Below, piece by piece: positions 1 to 11,326 of a stretch of 64,000 nt of DNA. The stretch lies in contig CM119372.1 of NCBI GenBank assembly GCA_051294905.1, positions 8,372,001 through 8,436,000 of the forward strand, in the 5' to 3' direction. Both the position numbers and the translations under genes were made by a program. The notes under the pieces were generated by a model. That model saw nothing but the letters and a program-made list of their open reading frames with translations. It made no database searches and was not told the DNA's origin. Source of the stretch: Botryllus schlosseri. Lineage: Eukaryota. How positions within the stretch are numbered: position 1 is the first letter of the stretch; each line of letters opens with the position of its first letter.

Positions 1-299
1 TTCGATATACAACTTGGGCAACAACTACAACAATGCTGGGGCTACGGTCTCCTCAGAGATAGCTGTCTGTGAAATGACTGATATAATTAGTAATAGGTGT
101 TAATCTAATCTGAATTAGTAATCCCGATAGGGCTCGTACTTCTATGACAACACCTAATTGCACCTGAATGCACCTGAACAGATAGCGCCATTCAGTGACA
201 AGACTGATTTTACAGAACATTGTGATAATTGTCACTGTAAATTGACATCTGCTGATGCGATGTTTCAAATGAAGTTCAGTCCTCACTTTGTAGTGTATT

Positions 300-814
300 T
301 AGGGCTGCATTTCAACTAAACAAACATGTTTAGAACGTGGGCCTTATTTCAAACGTGTTTTCATTGTTGTTGTTTTTGTATTTTAACGACGACGTCACGT
401 ACCTTTAATTATGACGCCACAGTAGACATTGACCCTTGGCTCCTTCGACGAAAATAGCTTTCGACCCTATTCTTAAACGGACCAATCTCTGACTATCAGG
501 TCAACATCGCTATGCAGCATTTTTACAGTCGGCGGTAATTATCACGAAAACGTCCATTCCGTACCAATGATATGCAACTACGTGCCGTAACTGTTCAACC
601 ATCGACGATTTCGAATGTTTCAACCATTCCTTATCGTATACGTCAACTATATTGGGCGCATATCGTGTGTAGTTTTTTCGAAAGTTTTTACAAATTTATA
701 GCACAAATATACAAAAAAATTCTCTTTTTCAATGGCCTTTTTTGAAAAACACTGTTTAAAACATGTTTCGAAAAAAACTGTTTTAAAGCACTGATTGTTT
801 TAAATGCAATCCTA
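300..814. mobile_element. Non-autonomous hAT-like MITE, family 1 (copy 1)
   Basis: Termini TAGGGCTGCATTT...AAATGCAATCCTA. Internal sequence is similar to the copies at 6049-6578 and 59087-59522. Confidence 0.7.
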
Positions 815-1275
815 ATTTTACGCAATCTCGTGGTGTTTTGATCCGATAAAATTTAAATACCATGACGGACTGACTTAATGCATTTTTCGATCATGCAAAA
901 TGTAGAAGTAAAACAGGCAATATAGCTCGATCAAAAAAGGACACCTATAATTGTGAATTGATTCTTGAACCGACTTGTGAGTAACGTTCGTTTTTTTGGG
1001 GGGGAGGGATAAGCCGCTTCTATCTAAACTCAACAATGTTTTCTAAAGAAACATTGTACATGCGCTCCATCACGCGACTTTACAAACAAATGAAAATACC
1101 TGTGAATATGATTACATCAATGAGTGCAATATATATTGAGATTACAACAAATATTTCGCTTCGATCGATGTGTTTTGTTTAGAATTAGAGTCGGAGTTAT
1201 ATGCTAATGGCAGATCGTATGTTTGAATAGTTTTTAGACGGTAGGTACTAATGTAATTTTGTGTCTGCGTTTAAG

Positions 1276-1565
1276 AACTGCGCTGTACGAGATAGAGCTA
1301 CATCACTATACCAAAATATCTCGCTCGTGTTGGAAGAATTTCAGAAGCGTGGTAACATTCACGATCTTGATACAGGCACAGAAGGTGGCAACTTCGTCTG
1401 GTCGTTGCGTATCTGTATGCGGGACGCTGTATCTGCTATGTCCAGAAGTAACTCGTATTTGGAAGAGAGTGGAGTTTGGTGTCCGGATGAGGAAAGTGGA
1501 GACAACCTGTCATCAGTAGTTGTATCGACTTCCACGAGCACAGCACGTGCCAAGGCAAAGCACAG
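1276..1565 (+). CDS. Putative internal exon of an uncharacterised spliced gene
   Basis: Open frame NCAVRDRATSLYQNISLVLEEF...ARAKAKH between an AG acceptor (1274-1275) and a weak GTACC donor (1566). It ends in phase 2, matching the phase-2 start of exon 5494. Confidence 0.4.
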
Positions 1566-1857
1566 GTACCTTCGTTGCAGAAGCTCTGTTCGTGTATTCA
1601 TATTTGTGTTGGTGATTCTACGATTATGCGCATTTTTACTCAACATTTTCACGAAAACATTCGGATATAGCATTGCTTTGCTAACAGTCTTGGTGAATAT
1701 TGATTTACAGGAGACAAATAGAATTTTCAAATGTGAATTATTCAATTAATTAAAAAATTGAATATTAGGTTTATGCGACACCCAATCTTTTGACGCAGCG
1801 TAGTAATATACACTACTATATAATAAATGAAGAGCTTCTTGGAGGTACAGAACTTCA

Positions 1858-2143
1858 ATATACAATTGAATAGTATATTCATGTTGAAATAAACCCGAAT
1901 ATTTTCGGCTGACACTCGTCAGGGGTAATCGTCAGCAACTAGTAGAGAGAATTGGAAAGAACATTGTATATCAACAATCGTATAACAAAATATGACGTCA
2001 TGCTGGTGACGTCATATTTTGTGATACGATTGTTGATATACAATGTTCTTTCCAATTCTCTACATAGTTGCTGACGATTACCCCTGACGAGTGTCAGCCG
2101 AAAATATTCGGGTTTATTTCAATATGAATATTCAATTGTATAT
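1858..2143. repeat. Fold-back palindrome (MITE-like), ~140-bp arms, 6-nt loop
   Basis: 1858-2000 is a near-perfect reverse complement of 2007-2143. The loop TGCTGG is flanked by TGACGTCA on both sides. Confidence 0.85.
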
Positions 2144-2987
2144 GATAAATGATTCATGGTACACTACCGTTCTAGATAATAATGGTAGATTTGTAGACAT
2201 GAATTTCTCTATATTTTTAAAGGTCGACCGCAATGTGGGAAATTGATAACTATATAAGTAGGCCCCTAATCGTACAACATTTTTGTGCAGCCGGCCAGAT
2301 ATATACATAACACCGTGAAACTGCCTCGCACCGTGAAACCTGTAACGGTGATAGCGAGACTAAGTAATGGACTGCAAATTATAATCGTTAATATCTGAAT
2401 GTGAATCGCGAGCAGCGTGAAAATAAATTTCACGTCATGGAATAAATGTTGCCAAAATATTCATGTATAAATTGAACAATCAATATATGAATACCAAGTC
2501 AGATTAAAACACATTTAGCGGGTCACAAGCCACTTAAAATTGGCCCGTCTCTGCTTAGCGGGCCGCAAAGATTTTTTTGCGGACCGCATAAGGATGCAAC
2601 TCCTGATCTAAGAGACTAAACTAGCACGCTGTTTATATAGTGGAAACTTGTGTCGTGGTGCGTTACGAGGCTTGCCATTACAATCTGTGTTATTGGGGTC
2701 GACCCATTAGCAACAATCGACAAACGCATCATCGTATAGCCGTATGAATAGCATGAATAATAAAAGGTTACCATGCAACACTGTAGCAGTGGTGTGGTAG
2801 GGTGGTAGGCTATTTGACGGAAGAATAATTGCAGATGCAGAAAGTTCTCTGCGACTCTAATGTCTGCGGGAATATGGATTAGGTGGTTTAATAACCCCAT
2901 AAGTGCAGTAAATGCCTAAAAGTCTCTAAACGTGAACCGAGTTTGACAATAATAAGTCTAAAATATTATCTCCATGAATGCTATAAC

Positions 2988-4639
2988 TAGGGATGGTGTG
3001 AACGTGAGGTTCACGTTCGCGTTCTGTGTGTGACCCTCAGAAATTTAGAGGTTCACGCTTACAAACTAGCATTGGTAGGTTCTGCAGTGTGAACCATTTT
3101 CATATATTACAATTTTACTTCATTATAACATCTTTGGTTGAAATTTATTGCATTTCAACTGCGGGCAACTATATGCATAGCGCTGACAGCATAAAAAATC
3201 AACACCGAACGAGCATGCACCTTGACGATCTCAAAAATTTCACTTCCTTTGTTACAAAAGTTTGCTCGAAATATCTAGCTTTCCGTTTGTGAATATTTAG
3301 TGACTCTCCGCCGTGAGCTTGACCCGAAATAACACAACATCAAGAGCGAAATACACTACATGTAGTCAGCGTCAGCGAATGATGCTTATTCAACCAATCG
3401 ATGGAGCTGATATCATTGTCTGATGCAAAATATCTAGCAGGTGTACGGGCTCAATCTTGACTTCATATGTTAATTGTATAATAAAACAAAATACGTGCGA
3501 TTAGGGTGTTGGCTACTGCTGTATAACTTGTCAATAGGGTAATATCGGTAGCAAGTATAGAAACCCGTTTTACACTCTGCTCAGTATCAACGTCGCAATA
3601 CTCAGATGCCGAATATATTGTCCGGTATGGCCTAGTTCAGTGGCTCTCAACCTTTTTGTCTTCGCGGACCCCTTTCGGACCGTCACGGAACCCGCGGACC
3701 CCCACGAAGTTTTAGTTAAAATTTATCTCAATTATCGTGCAATCGTCATCTGTCTTGTGGAAAATGATAACTGTATACCCTTAGTGATAAATATTAACAA
3801 AATGACTTTTCTTAAAAATGAGATCATACTATTCATGTAAAAACTGTATTGACTTCTATTATTTCCAAGCGAGGTCTCAAACTGCATTTCTGGAAATTAG
3901 TGGTCGTGTCTTGAAAATCCGCGCCTTCGATTTGATATGAACGAGTGCCGTAAATCCATTTCCACAAATATAGATGGTGGCGAATGTAATAATAACGATA
4001 CATTTTGGACGACGATACATTTGGGTCTCTAAACAGCAAAATGTTTGAATCAGTCGGCTTTAGCAATTAAAATGAGTTTGCACAGTAGGATATTTCATCT
4101 CAGACCGCCATTCTGTGTATGTGAGTTCTGAAGTTTTACTAGTAATGAAGCGAAACTGCCTCGTGATTTTCCGAATTAAAAAATACAAATCAGGTTATCA
4201 AATATTTTGAGGCTTCGCGGACCCCCTGAAAATGTTTCACGGACCCCCAGAGGTCCGCGGACCCCCGGTTGAGAACCGCTGGCCTAGCTAGACCGTTAAG
4301 GCGTAAGCTTATATTCCCTTGCAAGTCCTCGTCGTAATTGTTGGTAAAGCGACGGAAGATATTGATTTTATGGGATTATTATATCATTTGATTTCCTCAG
4401 TTTGGCGACGTTTAAAACGTCAATATGTATTTCAGCATTGTGGCATTATGTGGCCCGAGTCGTCGCTAGGTATCGTGTTCATTAATATAGGGGCGATCAC
4501 TTCACTGAAACGTAGGGTTGGAATTAGCAATATGACGTCACGTAACGTCATGAGGTTCACGTTCGCGTTCTTACAGAACCTTTCAAAAAGGTTCGCGTTC
4601 ACACTAACCTGAACCTTCCAGAGGTTCACACCATTCCTA
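2988..4639. mobile_element. Non-autonomous hAT DNA transposon, family 2, with a nested MITE
   Basis: TIR TAGGGATGGTGTGAAC / GTTCACACCATTCCTA. Perfect 8-bp TSD GCTATAAC at 2980-2987 and 4640-4647. Confidence 0.85.
3638..4281. mobile_element. hAT (Charlie/Buster-type) MITE
   Basis: TIR CAGTGGCTCTCAACC / GGTTGAGAACCGCTG, subterminal CGGACCCC repeats, and an 8-bp TSD GCCTAGTT / GCCTAGCT (7 of 8 match). Confidence 0.85.
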
Positions 4640-4686
4640 GCTATAACACGTCCACGGCGCAGATACGTGTTTTGCAAAATTATAGT

Positions 4687-4770
4687 AGCAGTCGTAGCTC
4701 AGTGGCTGTAGAGCACTAGTCTCGCAATTTGTATACAGGCCCGGGTTCAAATCGAGCATGTGATAGCAAC
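4687..4770 (+). mobile_element. tRNA-derived SINE head (degenerate)
   Basis: A-box-like TAGCTCAGTGG and B-box-like GGTTCAAATC at tRNA-like spacing, with no complete cloverleaf. Confidence 0.45.
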
Positions 4771-5493
4771 CCTTGCACAGGAGGCGTCAATTACCGAGAA
4801 ATTGCCATTTTGATATCACAAAGGTGATTCAGCAGTCACTAAACTGACATCTCACAGTGATAGATGTTTTTTTCGTAAAAATTGGCAAATTTCAAGTGGG
4901 CCTACACTCAAGCATCGTTTCTCCCGTGCAAGCAAAATTATAAAGCCCGTTGTTTCCTGCATTCAAATTCACATAAAATTAGCAACAGCAAGAGAGGTGG
5001 AATTTCGTTCGTACAAATTGGCTTGAAGCATAGCGATTGATTACATAAGCTTCGTTTTGATTGTAACGTGACAATATCAGTCAGGACGTCATGAATCGAA
5101 GACGTCCGTCTTCGCAAGACAGGTGGTGAAGTGAAGACTGAAACGATAGGAAACACCGTGCTTCGTTGACGTGATTTACGCCGTCGTGACTATAGTGACA
5201 GCAAATATAACCAAACGTGAAAAAGCGTCCGGAATCGATACTGCTGTAACTGGCTCTCGGACTGTCGCACTTTTCGGCGAATAGCATTGGCGAATTACCA
5301 CCAAGCACCATAAGCATTACTTGGCTGGCAACATTTCGCGCAAGCCTTGTAATCGGGTAATGGCGTCGTGGCGTGATGATAACGATTTTACCATCGCTAT
5401 GTTCCGTCTGCTAGACATAATATTATTCAATATGAAATGAATATCGCTATAATATGTGATAACTCTTCAAAATCATTCCTTCTGTCATTGCAG

Positions 5494-5747
5494 CGGTGGA
5501 TCTGTCGACGCGTCTGGGGATGTTGAAATCGTCGACATAAAAGACTCCGAGTGGCAGAGTTATCATAGTTATTGCTCTACAAGAAGGTCAAAGAAGACTA
5601 ACAATCGCAGACATAAAGAGGGTGATGAGTGCAAAAAGACAAAGCATTCATCAACAAGTTCTTTCAGGGGGCACTCCTCTACGCCGAAGCGTAGAACGTC
5701 TTCTTTTTCCAAAGTGTTCGGTTGCAACGGAAAGTTTCGTTCCGATG
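5494..5747 (+). CDS. Putative exon, S/K/R-rich low-complexity protein
   Basis: Pyrimidine tract plus CAG acceptor, open frame GGSVDASGDVEIVDIKDSEWQ...KFRSD, and a GTAGGT donor. Phase 2 to 1. Confidence 0.55.
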
Positions 5748-5829
5748 GTAGGTGGGACTTGATTTTATGCGTTTTTAACGTCAACATGGTCCGGTGCAAT
5801 TGACAAATAGTTTTCCTTGCTTCTCATAG

Positions 5830-5916
5830 TGTTTGGCAGACGCGCGTCCTTCCGAATTAAAAGTATTTCGAAAAGACGAAGTCATCAAGCTGATGATGAT
5901 GGTATCAGCTGGCCAG
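5830..5916 (+). CDS. Putative exon of the same gene
   Basis: Acceptor TTTTCCTTGCTTCTCATAG, frame VFGRRASFRIKSISKRRSHQADDDGISWP, GTAT donor. 87 nt, phase 1 to 1. Confidence 0.5.
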
Positions 5917-6048
5917 GTATAAAGAAGTTAATCACTTTCCAATTTGTTTCGGTTAAGTTAATTAGCGTGTCTCTCTCTGTATTTAGCAATCTATTCAGTG
6001 TCAGACTATACACCATTTAATACGTGTACAACTATAGTGCAGCCTACA

Positions 6049-6578
6049 AAGGGTTGCATTTAAAACAAAAATATATTTAAAACAAACATGTTTAAAACAA
6101 GGCTCTTGTTTAAAACATGTTTTCAAATTGTTTTTTTTAAGCCATGACGTCAAGAATATGCAATTATGATGTCATAGTCAATTGACATTGACAATTGAAA
6201 ATATAGGGTAAATATATTGCTCCTCTGACGAAATAGGTTTCCAAGCCCTGTCATATACGGAACAAAAACATTCTTAACCAGGATGACATCGTCATGCAGC
6301 ATTTTTACGGCCGGCAGTCATCATCATCATCAGAACATTCATTCCGTACCAATGATATAACGTACTATAGCTGTGGAGCCGACTATGTCGAGAGTTCCAA
6401 CCATTGCATATCGTACACGTCGGCTATATCGGTTGTAGATCGTTCATAGGCTCATACTGCATTTAAAAAAAGTATTTACACAATATGGCATAATCATACA
6501 ACAATAAAAAACATACAATTTAAAGGCCTTTGTTTAAAACATGTTTTTAAGCAACCACTTGTTTTAAATGCAACCCTA
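6049..6578. mobile_element. hAT-like MITE, family 1 (copy 2)
   Basis: Termini AGGGTTGCATTTAAAAC...GTTTTAAATGCAACCCTA. Homologous to 300-814. Confidence 0.75.
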
Positions 6579-8159
6579 CGTGCAATGGTGTACTGTAAGA
6601 CTTTACATTTAGGATTTGTGTATAGGCTTCTCGTGAAATCCATTAATAAATCAGTTTGGATATTGTCGAACATATGCATGCAGGGTGCGATTAACTTCCC
6701 TGACACCTTATACGTGACTACGGGGGTATAGGCTGCCTATAGTTTATGGATGTGATTCTTAACCGTTACTAACCTGGTGAACACTGGCGCTAATCAACCA
6801 GCTTTAGCGGAACCCATTAATAACAAAAATCGACCACAATGTTAAAAGAGCAAAACCAAATAAAATCTGATTTTCACACAAATCGAAAACATAATAATGA
6901 ATATATATTGCAAATCACTGTGACTTCTGCTGTTCCCTCTTAGATACCAGTTCAGAAATACGTGGCTTAACCTTGTAAAGTGTCATTGTATTGATCGGAC
7001 GAAACGCGACAGCGTGATGCCGATTGCTTAATTGCAAATGCCTATAAATATTTGAGATAGAATTGGCATTTCAGAAGGACAGGGTTACCATTTCGAACCC
7101 CAAGTTCCGTCGCGTACACCACTGCGCATGACGTATACCACCACAACAGCCACAATTCGACTGCTCATTGTATTGGGGCTAATTGCCTGAAACCAATGAT
7201 GGCCAAGACGGGTGTGACATCACATATCATATGTCTCAGGCCATCCCTGATGTTCCAGGGAAGACCGGATAAGAGCCACTGGTTTATAGTGTATACTGCC
7301 TGTAGGATTACTGGAGCTCATCTATCGATTTCATTGATGAATCGTGTGTTGTCACTTGCATCATTAATTCCTATTCAATACTTAAACCGCAATATATGTG
7401 TGCTATTGTCGGCACTGAGGTGGTTATTTGATTAATACATTTTACTATTTTTGGCCGATTTTGTATCCAGCATCATTGGCGACCGGTCTACAATAATCTG
7501 CTGCCCATTCCAAGCCACTGGTTAAAAACAAATTACGGTCAACAAACAACCCTCTCATAGCAAGTTTTTTAAATGTCTCATGGTGCCTTAAAAAAATCAA
7601 TGCAAAAAGTGGTTTCTATACTATCAATGTGACCGGCGTACCCGTTTCCCGGTGACCAGTTCTGCTATGATTGGTTCCGTGAATCACATTAAGCCGGTTT
7701 GAAGCTTTCGCCTTGATGGCAAGTGGTACCGAAAATGGATATTCACACTAATGTTTATGTCGAGAGTGGAACTAGTATACTTCCAAGGCCATCTTCAAAA
7801 TCCTATAGGGTAGGTTTGTGCTATTTTTAGTCTGCCTGGAAATTTATGATTTTCACATTTTGTTTTTTTCGGGATTGTGTTAAATATTCTCTTTTGATGG
7901 TTCATTGCACTCTCAGTTTCAGAACCGCTGCTCTAATAAGCCATTCTAACGACTTATATATCGTATGCCATTTTTACACGAGCCTCTAAAATTTGCTAGC
8001 AATAAACACAGTTGAGTAGCGACAATGTTTTGGCGCCGTCCTGTGACGATGCTATAGGATGCAGAGAATAATAATCGAGATTAATATTTCGAATCAGTTA
8101 TTTCCGTTGCCTCTCAGAGTAATTACATCCACGACACGATACATTACCGTTCTATTCAG

Positions 8160-8198
8160 ACCCCATCGTCTTCAAGAGAGAACCTAAGCTATCGACAG
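8160..8198 (+). CDS. Putative 39-nt exon of the same gene
   Basis: TTCTATTCAG acceptor, frame (D)PIVFKREPKLST, GTAAC donor. Phase 1 to 1. Confidence 0.45.
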
Positions 8199-8269
8199 GT
8201 AACGAATGAGCTTATGAATGCATTTCGCTAAAAGTTGAGCAAAACTATACTGTTCTTATCTACTTCCAG

Positions 8270-8532
8270 ATACAGAATCGGAAGGAGTGCGACTTGGGAG
8301 TCCCGCGGAAGCTTGCCCCAGCATCTCGAGCAGTCGCAACAACGGCCGGCTCCGTAACCACCACAGAAGAAAGGCCGGGAGCGAAAGAGGCTACTTGAAC
8401 AACAATACTTTTACACGGTCGACGATCTTTTCGCGCCCGTCCCTGACGTCGTCGACGATCAAGGAATCGGCTATCTATCAGCAATACGGAGATCGATCAC
8501 GTGACGAGACGTTTGTTTATTTGGGCGAGAAG
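8270..8532 (+). CDS. Putative exon of the same gene
   Basis: TCTACTTCCAG acceptor, frame (D)TESEGVRLGSPAEACP...ETFVYLGEK, GTATGT donor. Phase 1 to 0. Confidence 0.55.
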
Positions 8533-8820
8533 GTATGTTTTCTATATAGGCGCAACTCAAATCAACTGCAGTTGCGGCAAATTTCCAATAAAATTTGATT
8601 CGTTCCACGGACGAAGTTGATCGCGTTACGAAATCTATGGCAAACAATACAAAATAGCACAAGAGGAAAACTATGCAAGTTACTAGCAGACAGATATCGA
8701 GACTATATAATATCTATAAGCAGCCGCATTGATCTCCGAGTCGGATATCGAATTTATTTACACGGAGAAGTTTACTATTGTACCCTGCTCTTTCCACGCC
8801 TTAGTTGTCTTACTGTATAT

Positions 8821-9459
8821 TAGTGATGAGTGGATCGACAAATTCTCTGGTTCTACTCCGATCCTGTTTTTTAAAGCTCTGGTCCGACTCCTAGGCCGGA
8901 TTCCAGAAATGACCGTGATCCGGTCCGAAAAACTCTGATAATAATTATCTACTCACAGAATGGTATTTAATATTGATGGAAGAAGTTGCAAACAAGACAA
9001 TAAAAACCCAACGATCAAATCCAATCATTATCTGATGTAATTACACCAACTTTGACTTGGCATGTGGTATATTTCCATGAACTTTTCACTATAACTATTG
9101 ATTCGAGGGTAGGAGAGGGCGATATTCTGTCTAATTATTCACGAGGCTGAGCGCACTCACCAATTCACTCCGCGGTCCCTTGGACAACCGTGCGTAAAAA
9201 CTTCGGCTTTCTTGTGCGTGGAACAGATTTTTCTGTGAGCGGCGACTTTGTCAGCAGTGCGTGGCCGCGAACGCGCGCAGCTTAGAGGGAACATTGGAAG
9301 AGGGTAAGGCTGTCATATTCTTAGTAAAAAGAACTGATCCAGCTCCATCCGACTCCGGCCGTATCAGAAAAAGTACTGATCCGGCTCCGAACCTGTTCCG
9401 GTCAAAAATGAGAAAATCCGGCCGGATATCTAATCCGGCTCCGGTCCATGCTCCGCCCT
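8821..9459. mobile_element. Degenerate DNA-transposon relic with subterminal GATCC/TCCGG repeats
   Basis: Clusters of TCCGG/GATCC motifs at both ends. The right end terminates ...CCGCCCTA like the other TAGGG-terminus hAT elements here. No TSD was verified. Confidence 0.35.
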
Positions 9460-10133
9460 AATATGTATGGATAGTGTGGATAAAATAGTGACTGATTTTA
9501 CTCTTGAATAGTCCTACACCGAGAAGGAACGCTGTAAAATTCCAATCGCGTAGAAGAAAAGTCCATTGTTCAAATGCTTGCAACTCGTTGCTAACATCCT
9601 CTGCACCTGACTTCCTCAAACCGGCGAAACCGATGGAGTCTCGTGCCAAGTCTGTAGCAGTCATTATCCTTGACTTTGATTGGTTGTAAAATGCCTGCCG
9701 GAACTGACAAACCTATAAGCTGGTCCGAGGCCGACGATGACAGATCATACATATCATTTGAACTTGGAAACCGCCGTTATCTCAAATCACGGAGATACCC
9801 AAAATCACGTAATAATAATTGATTCAAACCAGTATTTAGGTGATACGTAGGCCTCATTCAAAGCAATCGGTCAATAGCTTTGTCACTGGATCATTGTTAC
9901 CAATAGCCACAGTCGTTGGACGGTGCTATTGGTGCCGCTGCAGAGAGTATACCTGGTCATTCCATGTCAACAGCATCATTCATTACTGGCCGGCGACTGT
10001 ACAGTGTACATCACACATGCCCGAAGCGATTCTTGATTCCAACACGGCTCGTAAAACTGCAAAAATATATTTATAAACGTATTCTTGGTTTCCTATGAAA
10101 ATTGTCTGATTTTGGAATAACTGTCGCTCTCAA

Positions 10134-10888
10134 TAGGGATGGTGTGAACGTGAGATTCACGTTCGCGTTCTGCGTGTGAACGTCGGAAGTTTCGAGGTCC
10201 ACGCTCACAAACGATCTTTGGCAGGTTCTGCGCTGTGAACCTTTTCCATATATTACAATTTTTCACGTCATTATAACATATTTGGCTGAAATGCTTTGCT
10301 TTTTGCACAACAGTTTGCTCGAAATATCCAGCTTTCCGTTTGTGAATATTTAGTGACTCTATGCTGTGAGCTTGACCCGTAATCACACAACATCAAGAAC
10401 GAAATAGACTACAAGTGAATGATGCTTATTCAACCGCTCAATGAAATTGATATAAAGAATATATCGTTTCCTAATGCAAAAATCTAGTAGGCGCATACGG
10501 TATCCATCTTGATTTGGTATTGTTCATGGTATTATAATAAATTAAATCCGTGCGATTGGCGTTTTGGCTACTGTATAACACGTGGTAATAGCGGTATCAA
10601 GTATAGAAACCCGTTTTACACTCTGCTCAATACCAATGTATAGCAATATTCATACGGCGAATACATTGTCCGGTCTCGCTTAGACCATTAAAGCGTAAAC
10701 TTACATTGCCTTACAAGTCATCGTCGAAATTGTTTGCAAAGCGATGGAAGACATTGATTTTATGAGATTACTTAAGCATTTCATTGCTCCAGTTGATACA
10801 TTTGGTGACGTTTGAAAAGTCAGCCTGTACAGTTGCATTGTGGAATAATGTGACCTGCGAGTCGTCCGTAGGTATCGTGTCCATTAAT
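10134..10888. mobile_element. hAT family 2, truncated copy lacking the nested MITE
   Basis: Starts TAGGGATGGTGTGAACGTGAG and is collinear with 2988-3637 joined to 4282-4487. Confidence 0.75.
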
Positions 10889-11326
10889 CCCTTCACTGCC
10901 TGTCTATATACATACGGTAGGAAAGAGTACAGAAATACATTATGTGGCGTCGAAAAGTTTTATTGCATGCTGACAGCTTCATAAGGCCATAGGCCTATAG
11001 ATTAAGGGTGGGGAACGCACCATTAGTCAAACAAATCGTATAGGCCTGTACCATATATCATAGCGTAATCCTATCACCCATATTGGTATATTCGATATTG
11101 CTCTCCAAATATTTTCTCATCGCAACTATAACCTTATCTAGCCAACATAAGTTGTTGGCTACGTACAGACGGCCAGAGCTGAGAATGTTGCCAAGCAAAC
11201 ATTTACTCTGAAACAAGTAATCTCTGCAATGTGAGTTAGACTTCACATCTGCCTCAATGAGATAATACATGCAATGATCGAGGTAGACGCTTTATTATTG
11301 TTATTTTTTCCAAGCGCTACAGAAAT

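Noticed and set aside
8515..8598. BH3-like motif YLGEK|LRQISNK formed across a 39-nt intron
   Set aside because: It needs an unusually short intron, lacks the conserved Asp, and runs into a stop. Too weak to call.
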